NCBI GenBank assembly: GCA_964016885.1
Contig: OZ024765.1
Span: forward strand, 17,050,001 to 17,114,000
Source: Eledone cirrhosa
Lineage: Eukaryota
Length of the DNA: 64,000 nt
Reading direction: 5' to 3'
Shown here: positions 13,741 to 25,649 of the stretch, piece after piece
Layout: each line of letters starts with the position of its first letter
Position numbering within the stretch: position 1 is the stretch's first letter
Translations under genes and position numbers: made by a program
Notes under the pieces: generated by a model
Told to the model about the DNA's origin: nothing
Seen by the model: only the letters and a program-made list of their open reading frames with translations
Databases searched by the model: none

Positions 13741-14227
13741 AATATGACCCTCCCCAAATATCACAATATTGAATTAATCTAGTCCCCCACCACAACCACC
13801 ACCATAAAGAATAATTATTGACCTTGTCTTTAAATCCTAAACCATTAAGTCAGGAAACTAATCTCACAAAACAGCAATTTCTTGACTGACGTCACTAATA
13901 TGTGCTGGTAATGATGACGTCACTAACACCTGCTGGTAATGATGACGTTACTAACATCTGCTGGCAATGATGTCACTAATATCCGCCATTTTCTCAGACA
14001 AGCGAATCTGCTGACTTCCATTGTTAGCGTAAAGATTTAACATGCAGGTCAAACGGAAAACAAATTCATTAAAAATATCTAAATAACATGGAAATAAATC
14101 AATAAACACATAAATAAATTATTATTTCCAAATTAGACATAAGGGAGGAGAGAAACATTTTTTTTTTTTTCCAGCTGAGTGTACTGGAACAACAAGAGTT
14201 AAAGTATTTTTCTGCATTTTTCTCAAT

Positions 14228-14910
14228 TCACGGAAGTAGCAACTCTACCAGGAGTGACTTTCTCATCTCGGGGCTACAAAACTGTCCAGCGATTCTTTCT
14301 TGAGACATTCTAATCACATGCCTGTAATATTGGAGCTGTGATCTCTCAATTTGGAGAAGTAACAACTCTACCAGGAGTGACTCTCTCATCTCCGAGCTAC
14401 AAAACTGTCCAGCGATTCTTTCTTGAGACATTCTAACCACATGCCTGTAATATTGGAGCTGTGATCTCTCAATTTGGAGAAGTAACAACTCTACCAGGAG
14501 TGACTCTCTCATCTCCGAGCTACAAAACTGTCCAGCGATTCTTTCTTGAGACATTCTAACCACATGCCTGTAATATTGGAGCTGTGATCTCTCAATTTGG
14601 AGAAGTAGCAACTTTACCTGGAGTGGCTCTCTCATCTCCGAGCTACAAAACTGTCCAGCGATTCTTTCCTGTGACATTCTAAGCACATGTCTGCAATATT
14701 GGAGCTGTGATCTCTCAATTCAGAGAAGTAGTAGCTCTACCTGGAGTGACTCCGATCTTCGAGCAACACATATTTCCAGAGATTATTTCCAGAAACATTC
14801 TAACAACATGTCCATAGTATCAGAGCTGTGATCTCTCAATTTGGAGAAGTAGCGGCTCTACCTGGAGTGACTCTCTGATCTTCGGGCTACGTACTTTATC
14901 GAATAACATT
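14228..14910 (-). mobile_element. RTE-type LINE fragment amplified as about 5.5 tandem 120-bp units
   Basis: The 40-aa unit SEMRESLLVELLLLQIERSQLQYYRHVVRMSQERIAGQFC matches the LINE pieces at 24860-25540 and 54890-55420. Confidence 0.85.
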
Positions 14911-15234
14911 TGATCAACGGAAAAAATTTGCTTTTGAAATTCACGAGCAAGAGACTGAGCCTTCTACAAACTCATGCGTCTTTAACGCTGTTCTAAGGGA
15001 GATTCAGCGAGACAGAGTGTGTGACATGGCTGAAGACATATGAATTACCAGGTACAACTCATTTTTACCGGCTAAGTGGACTGACTTGAAGCAAAGTAAA
15101 ATAAATTTGAAATCAAGCTTCAAAGCAATAAGGCCGCCAGGTTTCCTCAGACATTCCCCTTACACTGAGGAAGGGAATTCTAAGTCCCGGAATATTGGGA
15201 CGAAAACAAAAAAGATAACAATTATGTATATTGA

Positions 15235-15945
15235 TTAAATCGACCCCAGTGCATTACTGGTGCTTTATTTTGTCGACCCCATAAGGTTGAAAGGCAAAGC
15301 AAACCTTGGTGGGATTTGAACTCAGAGCGTAAAGGGCCGTAACTCTATGTCTCAATGCATGTTGTCCGATGTTCTACCGATACTGCCAATAATAGCCAGT
15401 AAATGATTTCTAGTATAGGCACAAGGCCAGTAATTTGGGGGAAGGGAAAGTCTATTAAATCGCCCCCAGTACATTACTAGTACTTTGTTTTATCGAACCT
15501 GTAAGGATGAAAGGCAAAGTTAACCTCGCCGTGATTGGAACTTAGACCGTAAAGGGCCGTAACTCCACGCACTAAATCATGGCGTCCGACCCGCTACCGA
15601 TACTGCCAATCCACCGCCCTTGCCAATAACAATAAATACCAGATAACACAAAGGTTTTGGTTACCTTTATTTTACCGTCCATTTTCTATTGTCTTAGCTT
15701 TATTAAACATCATTTTCTTCATTATATTCTATACATAATGCGGTGGATTGGCAGTATCGATAGAGGCTCGGACGCCATACTTTGACGCATAGAGTTACGG
15801 CACTTGCCATTCTGAGTTCAAATCCCGCCGAGGTTAACTTTGCCTTTCATCCTTACGGGGTCGATAAAATAAAGTACCAGTAATGCACTGGGTTATTGCT
15901 GGCCTTGTGCCAAAAGTAGAAACAATTATATTCTATACATAATGC
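15235..15945. mobile_element. Three family 1 SINEs (two on -, one on +)
   Basis: The + copy is flanked by a 21-bp TSD ATTATATTCTATACATAATGC (15721-15741 and 15925-15945). Confidence 0.9.
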
Positions 15946-16841
15946 TTCTGGCAAACTGAAACATTATACTGGTAAATAAAATATTTTGTACGATACACCA
16001 CTCGGGTTGAGAATCGAACCTACGAACTTACGATCGTGAACTGAAGACCATAACCAGAAAGCCGCGCACCTTCACTTTCACATAAAAAAAAATTGAAATG
16101 TTTAATTGATTAAACATACGAGGTAGGGTGACTGATATAGCTGGTGTCGCCGGTCATTGTCCGCTAGACTACTTTTGCTATTTTGTTCGGGGGGGGGGGG
16201 GCGCAACAGAAACACTGCTCTGACCTAAGAGTAGAGTATGTCACCCTCTCCCATTCCTACTTTCATCTACCTTTGTCTCGTAATCTTTGCTCTTTCCCTC
16301 CGTTTCCTCTCATGGCATTTATAATCCTTTCCAATACTGTTTTCATTTTCTGCATGTTTAATCAAGTAAACGAAATTTCAATCTTAACTATAATAAAGTA
16401 AGGAGTGCGGGACTGCGTTCAGAATATATTTTTTTTACCCCGTTTGTAAAATAAGTTGGATTACTTTGAATAAATAATTGTTTCTACTTTTGGCACAAGG
16501 CCAGCGATTACCCAGTACATTTCTGGTACTTTATTTTATCGACCCCGAATAAATAATGAATGAATATTACAATTTATGTGCTAAATTTCGTGGCTGTTGA
16601 TTAAATATATTTTATAACTTATTTAAAGATACACTTCTTTAAAATTTTCAAATGTCAACACTTCCAGTTAGCGGCCGTTATATTATAGCACTTATAAAAA
16701 TATCGCATATATTTCCGTCGCTAATTTTCTCTCATTACATAAGACAGTGTAACATAGACTTCGTTCAATTTCTGTGTATATTGTTAATTACCATTTTATT
16801 TGATGTATCAGATCAACATGCTACACATGCTAGCAAAAAAA

Positions 16842-16867
16842 CCGCCCGGGGGCGGACTTTCTGCTAG
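16842..16867 (+). mobile_element. Possible Helitron 3' terminus
   Basis: GC hairpin CCGCCC-GG-GGGCGG, then 8 nt, then CTAG followed by T. Confidence 0.45.
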
Positions 16868-17234
16868 TTCTCTTTGAAAGAATATACACAACAAACAGTA
16901 TATGAGCAAACCTGTTATATGAAGCTAATGGCGGCCTTAATGGTGGTCGTGGTGCGGGATAACCTTTATTTCAGGCAACTAGTTATGCTAGGACTTCGTT
17001 AATGTAGCATTCTAATTATAGTTTCCAGCCCTCAGCTACTATCATTACGGTGACATATGGGCGGGAACGGACAATAATTTGTCAGCAATACTAGAGCAAT
17101 GCAATTTCTTTATCGAAAATACCTTACAGCAAAAACATTTGTAGTATTTCTCACATTTTTAGCATTTAATTGAGTTTTTCTGTTCTTAAATAATACTGTC
17201 ATTTTTGTAGAACAAGGATTTTTGTAAACAGACT

Positions 17235-18331
17235 GATATGTATGTGGATATGTATATGTGCATTTATATGAGTGTGTGCGTGTCTATGTATGTGTGTGCG
17301 TGTATGTATGTGTGTATGTGTGTATGCGTGTGTGTATGTATGAGTGTGTGCGTGCATGTGTGTGTGCGTGTTTGTATGTTTATATGTGTGAATGCGTGTG
17401 TGTATGTATGAGTGTGTGTGCGTGTTTGTATGTGTGTGTGTGCGTGTTTGTATGTGTGTGTGTGCGTGTGTGTATGCGTGTGTGTATGCGTGTGTGTATG
17501 TATGAGTGTGTGCGTGCATATGTGTGTGCGTGTTTGTATGTTTGTATGCGTGTGCGTGTCTGCAAGTGTATATGTGGGAATGTGTGTGTGTATGTATGAG
17601 TGTGTGCGTGTATGTGTGTGCGTGTTTGTATGTTTATATGTGTGTGTGCGTGTCTGTATGTGTATAGGTGTGTATGCGCGTGTGTATGTATGCGTGTGTG
17701 TATGTATGTGTGCGTGCATATGTGTGTGCGTGTTTGTATGTTTATATGTGTGTGTGCTTGTCTGTGTGTGTGTGCGTGTATGCATGTGTATGCGTATATG
17801 CGTGTGTGTATGTATGAGTGTGTGCGTGCATATGTGTGTGTTTATATGTGTGTGTGCGTGTCTGTATGTGTATGTGCGCGTGTGTGTGTATGTGTATGTG
17901 CGTGTGTGTATGTGTATGTGTGTGTGTGTGTATGCGCGTGTGTATGTGTATGTGTGTGTGCGTGCGTGTCTGTATGTGTATATTGGAGCGTGTGTATGTG
18001 TGTACGTGTATATATATGCATTCATTTATATGTATGAGTATATAAATATAAACGCACAAATACAGACACACAACAATACACACATTCACACACACAAACA
18101 CACACACATACAATCACACACACAAACACGCACACATACATTCACACACACACATACATTCACACACACACATACATTCACACACACACATACATTCACA
18201 CACAAACACACACACATATACATTCACACACATTCACACAAACATTGACACACACACATACATTGACACACACACATACATTCACACACACACACATACA
18301 TTCACACATTCACACACACACACACACACAC
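17235..18331. repeat. (TG)n field followed by (CA)n field
   Basis: Direct reading. Confidence 0.95.
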
Positions 18332-18409
18332 GGTGTGATGGACAGACGGAAGTCACTTAAATATATAGCGTGATATAGTTTAGTTTTTCTGTTCGTTTAT
18401 ATCGCTGTT

Positions 18410-18990
18410 GGAGGCAGCGTCGTAAAAAGCACGTGTCTCAGAGGTACTTTGTTTGAGTACTGATCAGGAGTTCAATTCCCAGACCCTCGTGGTATCCTTG
18501 AGCAAGACGTCTTTACTTTCACGTTTGGCCAGTTCACTCAGCTGTTCAAAGGGATAACCATGTCACACACTGTGTTATTGTGAATCTCCCTGAGAACTAG
18601 ATTAAAGGTGTACATGTGTCTGTGAAATTCTCAGCCATGTCACACACTGTGTTATACTGAATCTCCTTGAGAACTAGATTAAAGGTGTACCTGTGTCTGT
18701 GGAATACTCAGCCATGTCACACACTGTGATATACTGAATTTCCCTGAGAATTATGTTCATAGTACACATATATATAGGGAATGCTTGGCCACTTACACTA
18801 TAATTCAAGATGGACTGGAATTTTAAAGAACAAGCCTTGTCATAGGCTCTACTCTGTTACGCTGAATCTCCCTGAGAATCAGGTTAAAGGGTGTGTGTGC
18901 CTGTGGAATAATCAGCCATTTACACTAATTTCACAAGCAGGCTGTTCAAACAATTGAAACACTCGTCGTCGGAACCGACGGAGGCACATT
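18410..18990 (+). mobile_element. tRNA-derived SINE (family 2) with an internal 77-bp tandem triplication
   Basis: B box GAGTTCAATTCC and CCTTGAGCAAGAC. CCATGTCACACAC recurs at 18558, 18635 and 18712. Confidence 0.75.
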
Positions 18991-19374
18991 ACGTGCAGGA
19001 AGTAGTGGAGCTGATTGTTTAAAGAGCTCTCCATCTAATCGCAAGGACGCGGGTTCGACCCTCCCCACACTTTGTGTCTTCTAAACCAACTAACATTTAC
19101 CAATTTACCATAGCCTACGGTCGTCCCATACCCGAGGAGGTTATTTACTGAACCTTAAATTAGTATGTTGATGCTTAGAACATAACTTAAAGGTTCCTAC
19201 ATTAAATTATGATGGAATCGTTCTAGATAAATATCTAGAATTTCTTTTGCTCTCTACCTTTCCTTCTTTCAGTATCAATCCAGTATCAATCTTTCAGTAT
19301 CAATCCAGAATAGAAGATGATTCTTCTTCCATATCCTCTTTGCACTTCCTCTCTACCATTCTTTCTCTTGTGTT

Positions 19375-19620
19375 CAGATGAGAACAGGAATGGGGCGATC
19401 AAAAGCTGCTATGGCCAGATGGGGCTACAAGACCGGCCCAACCATCTGCGAATTCGGAGAGGAGGACCATACGATGAAGCACTGCCTTGTTTGCCCTCTA
19501 CTACCCAACGAGTGCAGCTTAAAAGATCTCGCAGAATTTAATAATAATGCAAGGGACTGTGTAAAGAAATGGGAAACTGTCATATAACCACATGCTTCGA
19601 AGGTAGGAGAAGAAGAAGAT
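19375..19620 (+). mobile_element. 3' end of a Vingi/Ingi-like LINE
   Basis: RTGMGRSKAAMARWGY...TICE.GEEDHTMKHCLVCP is a degenerate CCHC knuckle, followed by a (GAA)n tail. Confidence 0.6.
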
Positions 19621-19942
19621 GAATTTTGAATTACAAACACACATTGTGTGGTGAGAGATTTCCATTACGTATGTTTATAAGACATGCCAGGGGCCTGTGT
19701 CCAAGGCAGGCCCATATCTGCTAGATCTTCGTCCAAAGATCTCAACCAGGATTTGAAGGGACTACCTTGCATAGCCGCAAGCCGTGTCACATGTTTGATC
19801 TGAAGCCAGATCTTCGTCCGCATACCTTAAACAAGTTGTGAAGGGATTACCTTGAATGGTCCCCGAAGTTGTCAAAAACTAATTAATTGATATATATTAA
19901 TTGATTTATGTATTTCTGTTTTATTTTAATCTCTTCCCTCAG

Positions 19943-20007
19943 AACTTCCTCCAGGGTCTAACAGTGATGTTATAACAGCTAAACAACTAGCAGAACTCAT
20001 CAGATGG
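19943..20007 (+). CDS. Trk-like RTK, probable membrane-proximal ectodomain exon (xLPPGSNSDVITAKQLAELIRW)
   Basis: Pyrimidine-rich acceptor (ctcttccctcag) and consensus donor (TGG|gtaagt). The 65-nt exon is open and its phase-0 end joins the 29525 exon in frame. No homology support. Confidence 0.6.
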
Positions 20008-20032
20008 GTAAGTAAAATTAATTATTATTATT

Positions 20033-20303
20033 TGGATTGGTAGAGGGTCGAACGTCGTGCTTTGACGCATAGAGTTACGGCCCTTTACATTCAGAGTTCA
20101 AATCCCGCCGAGGTTAACTTTGCCTTTCATCCTTACGGGGTCGATAAAATAAAGTACCAGTAATGCACTGGGATAATTGCTTGTCTTGTGCCAAAAGTAT
20201 AAACAATTATTTGGATTGGCAGTATCGGTAGAAGGTCGGACGCCGTGCTTTGACGCATAGAGTTACGGCCCTTTACATTCTGAGTTCAAATCCCGCCGAG
20301 GTT
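20033..20303 (+). mobile_element. Family 1 SINE plus a tandem partial copy
   Basis: Head-to-tail copies just downstream of the 19943 exon. Confidence 0.88.
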
Positions 20304-20395
20304 CTACCTAACACGTCCTATGGACTGAGTGCTCTACCACTACGGATATTACCTTCCAGTGTTCTATGACTATATATATATATATATATATATTA

Positions 20396-20660
20396 TGTAG
20401 GGGCTCCCAAAGGAGTACTGAGTGCAATGTCAACTCTGGATGTCGGTGAGCATGTCCAGCTAACCTCAGTCTCCTCTGTCTCACTTTTGAGCTGGACACA
20501 CTAGAAGAGGAAGATCCAGGTTAACGTATGTTGACGCCCTCAGGACAGACACTGGTCTGTTGGAGATGCAGGACATGGCAGCGATAATGAGGGACAGAAA
20601 CCGCTGGAGAGAACTCGTCCATGGATCTCGGAAATTTTACCCGCCTTAGATAGATAGATA
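20396..20660 (+). mobile_element. 5'-inverted, truncated LINE 3' end with (TAGA)n tail
   Basis: 20396-20493 is inverted and 20494-20660 is forward relative to the colinear copy at about 45950-46210. Confidence 0.88.
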
Positions 20661-20799
20661 TATATATATTATATATATATATATATATATATTAATAAAA
20701 GAAATTCTAACTTTGTCTGATTTACTCGTTTTATTTACAATCCTTTAAAATTATAATGGTATTATAATGAAATAGTATGGTAGAATGTTAAGTGTTAAT

Positions 20800-20838
20800 T
20801 GAACAAGTACTTTCATGCTTTCGCAATCTTCAGGTTCA
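20800..20838 (-). ncRNA. Minimal type I hammerhead ribozyme (family E)
   Basis: tgaac-CTGAAGA-t-tgc-GAAA-gca-t-GAA-AGTACT-T-gttca. Stem I is 5 bp, stem II is GNRA-capped and stem III is palindromic. Confidence 0.75.
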
Positions 20839-20995
20839 TATTCAGTGGTGACAGTGCAGTTTGCAATATATATAAATATGTATATATATATAAGCAAAGA
20901 GATATTTAACTTGTTGGTTATGCAACGAATTTATTTATAACAGATTCGAAGCACTCTACAGGTTTTCTGGAGTATAATATCAATGATTTTAATAA

Positions 20996-21367
20996 ATGGA
21001 AACTATATTTATAAAACCATGTTTATTTTATTGTATATATTTCATGGGTTCCAACATTTTGGTGCGCTCTCATCAGATAAAATACAAACAGAACCTGAAC
21101 CGATAAGGTCTGGTTTCTTGGGTATGTCAATATTTATGAAACAAATTTTGTATTTTATCTGATGAAGGCGTACCAAAATTTTGGTACCCTTGAAATATAT
21201 ATAATAAAATAAATATGGTTTCATAAATATAGTTTCCATATATATATATATATATATAGGAACGAGTAGGACCCCGACAGCTGAGCTCAAGCCGTTTCGA
21301 CGGCTAATTCTGGACTAAATGAAAATTGATGTTATGGTCCACCTGGTTCCTTACCACATTTCCTTCG

Positions 21368-21427
<60 letters not shown>

Positions 21428-21635
21428 CGAAGGAAATGTGGTAAGGAACCAGGTGGACCATAACGCACCAAAGTACTCAATACTTAGGGCAGTAGAGTGG
21501 GTAATAGGAACGAGTAGGACCCCGACGGCTGAGCTCAAGCCGTTTCGACGGCTAATTCTGGACTAAAATCATTTTAGTCCAGAATTAGCCGTCGAAACGG
21601 CTTGAGCTCAGCCGTCGGGGTCCTACTTGTTCCTA
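20996..21635. mobile_element. Adjacent palindromic family B (20996-21239) and family A (21258-21635) elements around (TA)n
   Basis: Reverse-complement arms read directly. Confidence 0.75.
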
Positions 21636-22059
21636 TATATATATATATAAATATATATATATATAAATATATATATAAATATATATATCATTAAAAGTAC
21701 TACCACCAACACAGCCACAACCATCCCCACAAAATTCATCAACACCACCACCACCACTACAATCACCAACACCATAACCACTTTCAGTACCACCACCACC
21801 ACCTCAACCACTGTCAGTACCACTAACACCACCACCAACACCACCACCACTGTCAGTACCACTAACACCACCACCACTACTATCACCACCATCAGTACCC
21901 CACCCTCACCACAAGGTGGTAGTGGTAGTGGTGATGGGCGTGGGGTAGGGGTAGAATAAATATGTGTTCAGACCACAAATTACCTGTAATGTTAATTACC
22001 TGTTTTCGTTAGGAGATGTTCTCGTGTCATACCTCATAATTATGGTGTGGGTTAGCACG

Positions 22060-22718
22060 TTTATACATACACACATATATATATACATGTATATATATAT
22101 ATATATACACATACATATATATACATATATACACATACATATATATACATAGATATATACATATACATATATATACATATATACACATACATATATATAC
22201 ATATATACACATACATATATATACATAGATATATACATATACATATATATACATATATACACATACATATATATACATATATACACATACATATATATAC
22301 ATATATACACCATACATATATATACATATATACACCATACATATATATACATATATACACCATACATATATATACATATATACACCATACATATATATAC
22401 ATATATACACCATACATATATATACATATATACACCATACATATATATACATATATACACCATACATATATATACATATATACACCATACATATATATAC
22501 ATATACATATATATACATATATACACATATACATATATATACATACATACACATATATATACATATATACACATACATATATATACATATATACACATAC
22601 ATATATATACATATATACGCATACAAATATATACATATATACACATACAAATATATACATATATACACATACAAATATATACATATGTGCACATACATAT
22701 ATACATATATGCACATAC

Positions 22719-22751
<33 letters not shown>

Positions 22752-22958
22752 AACACATATATATACATACATATACATATATATACATATATATATATAC
22801 ACACATATATACATATACATATATATACATATATATATATATACACATATATATATACATATATATATATATACACATATATATATACATATATATATAT
22901 ACATATATATATACATATATATATATATACATATATATATATACATATATATATATAC

Positions 22959-22989
<31 letters not shown>

Positions 22990-23228
22990 CATATATATAT
23001 ATACATATATATATACATATATATATACATATATATATATACATATATATATACATATATATATATACATATATATATACATATATATATATACATATAT
23101 ATATACATATATATATATACATATATATATACACATATATATATACATATATATATATACACATATATATATACACATATATATATACACATATATATAC
23201 ATATATATATATATACACATATATATAC

Positions 23229-23263
<35 letters not shown>

Positions 23264-23910
23264 CACATATATATACATATATATATATACACACATATAT
23301 ATATATACATACATATACATATTTACATATACAATATATATATACATATATATACATATATATATATACATACATATACATATATACATATACAATATAT
23401 ATATATATACATATATATACATATATACATATATATACATATATATACATATATACATATACAATATATATATATATACATATATATACATATATATACT
23501 TGTATACATGTCCATTATATGTATATATATATACATATACACATGTACATTATATATATATATACATGTATATACATATATACATACATATGTATACATA
23601 TATACATATACATATATACACATACATATATATACATATATACACATACATATACATACATATATATACATATATACACATACATATATATACATATATA
23701 CACATACATATATACACATATATACACATACATATATACACATATATACACATACATATATACACATATATACACATACATATATACACATATATACACA
23801 TACATATATACACATATATACACATACATATATATACATATATACACATACATATATACACACTCATATATACACATACACATATATATACACATACATT
23901 TATATCTATA
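22060..23910. repeat. (TA)n/(TACA)n compound microsatellite
   Basis: Direct reading. Confidence 0.97.
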
Positions 23911-24012
23911 TTGTCGTGTCTGTTATATTAATCGGAAGATTAAAATTACAAGAATATTCACCTGTTCACATATTCTGCAATCGTCAATGTGACATACAGA
24001 CAGACTTTATTT

Positions 24013-24777
24013 GGTGGATTGGCAGTATCGGTAGAGGGTCGGACGCCATGCTTTGACGCATAGAGTTACGGCCCTTGCCATTCTGAGTTCAAATCCCGCC
24101 GAGGTTAACTTTGCCTTTCATCCTTATGGGGTCGATAAAATAAAGTACCAGTAATACACTGGGTAATTGCTGGCCTTGTGCCAAAAGTAGAAACAATTAT
24201 TTGTCATTGAAAAGGCGGTGGATTGGCAGTATTGGTAGAGTGTCGGATGCCATGCTTTGACGCATAGAGTTACGGCCCTTGCCATTCTGAGTTCAAATCC
24301 CGCCGAGGTTAACTTTGCCTTTCATCCTTACGGGGTCGATAAAATAAAGTACCAGTAATGCACTGGGTAATTGCTGACCTTTTGCCTAAAGTAGAAACAA
24401 TTATTATAGATTGGCCGTATCGGAAGAGGGTCGGACGCCATGCTTTCCAGCATAGTTACGTCCCTTTACGATCTGAGTTCAAATCCCGCCGAGGTTGACT
24501 TTGTCTTTCATCCTTACGGGGTCGATAAAATAAAGTACCAGTAATGCACTGGGTAATTGCTGGCCTTGTGCCTAAAGTAGAAACAATTATTATAGATTGG
24601 CAGTATCGGAAGAGGGTCGGACGCCATGCTTTCCAGCATAGTTACGTCCCTTTACGATCCGAGTTCAAATCCCGCCGAGGTTGACTTTGCCTTTCATCCT
24701 TACGGGGTCGATAAAATAAAGTAACAGTAATGCACTGGGTAATTGCTGGCCTTGTGCTAAAAGTAGAAACAATTATA
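24013..24777 (+). mobile_element. Four head-to-tail family 1 SINEs (short form)
   Basis: Copies start near 24013, 24213, 24408 and 24595. Confidence 0.92.
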
Positions 24778-24859
24778 GATTTAAATGATAGAACCGCCAT
24801 TTCTTCTTTGATTCTTTTAATGGTTTTATTCATTTCTATATGGATATGGCCAAACTATT

Positions 24860-25545
24860 CAAGAAGTTCCAGTATCCCGTGGTCGTGTTCACGTGATGGA
24901 TGGCAGGAGGCTGGGTTAAGTGCAAGAATTTCAAAATCTGGTGCAGTAATACGGCTGCTTCTGCATTCTTTAATCAGAAAGAAATTAGGCGTAAAAGCCA
25001 AACTTACTCTCTTCATTTCAGTTTTCGTGCCAAGCCTTGTAATGACCTAAAGAATACGATCACAAATACAAGCAGCCCAAATGAGGTTCCTTCGAAGTGG
25101 TTTTGAAGTAAGGTTACTCGATAAAGTGCGTAGCTCGGAGATCAGAGAGTCACTCCGGGTAGAGCCGCTACTTCTCCGAATTGAGGGATCACAGCTCTGA
25201 TACTATGGACATGTGCTTAGAATGTCTCAGGAAAGAATCACTGGACAGATTTGTAGCTCAGAGATCAGAGAGTCACTCAAGGTAGAGCTGCTCCTTCTCC
25301 GAATTGAGAGATCACAGCTCTGATACTATGGACATGTGGTTAGAATGTCTCAGGAAAGAATCACTGGACAGAGATCCAAGCGTAGACCCCAAGCAAGATG
25401 TTCGGATAACATATTGGCTGGTCTCGCTTGGGGATCTAACTGGATCGGTTTGAAATGGTTGCTCCCGACAGAGCCCACTTGAAGGGGTGTTTGAGGACTG
25501 TTCTTCCATGTTCATCTCAGGAATAAGTGGGCGAAGAAGAAGAAG
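24860..25545 (+). mobile_element. Degenerate RTE-type LINE 3' region
   Basis: Remnants of F.YLG..F, KAKL.LF.SVFVP, IQAAQMRFLR, KVRSSEIRESL.VEPLLLRIE.SQL, and a (GAA)n tail. Confidence 0.8.
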
Positions 25546-25649
25546 GGGGCTATGGCTATAGCCAAGTTGTGTACCCCGCTTAGATTCAGTTGATCCTATC
25601 GCTACGCCTATTTATGTATTTTGTTTTCAAGTCTGACACTTATACTTAT

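Noticed and set aside
15163-15200. Further hammerhead-like cores (CTGAGGA...GGAAT here; CTGACGG...GAAAC at about 2965-3005 on -)
   Set aside because: The cores are mutated and I could not pair stems I and III convincingly.
17029-17140. Possible upstream RTK exon (LSYYHYGDIWAGTDNNLSAILEQCNFFIENTLQQKH)
   Set aside because: The acceptor is plausible, but no good donor gives the phase 1 needed to join 19943, and there is no recognisable domain.
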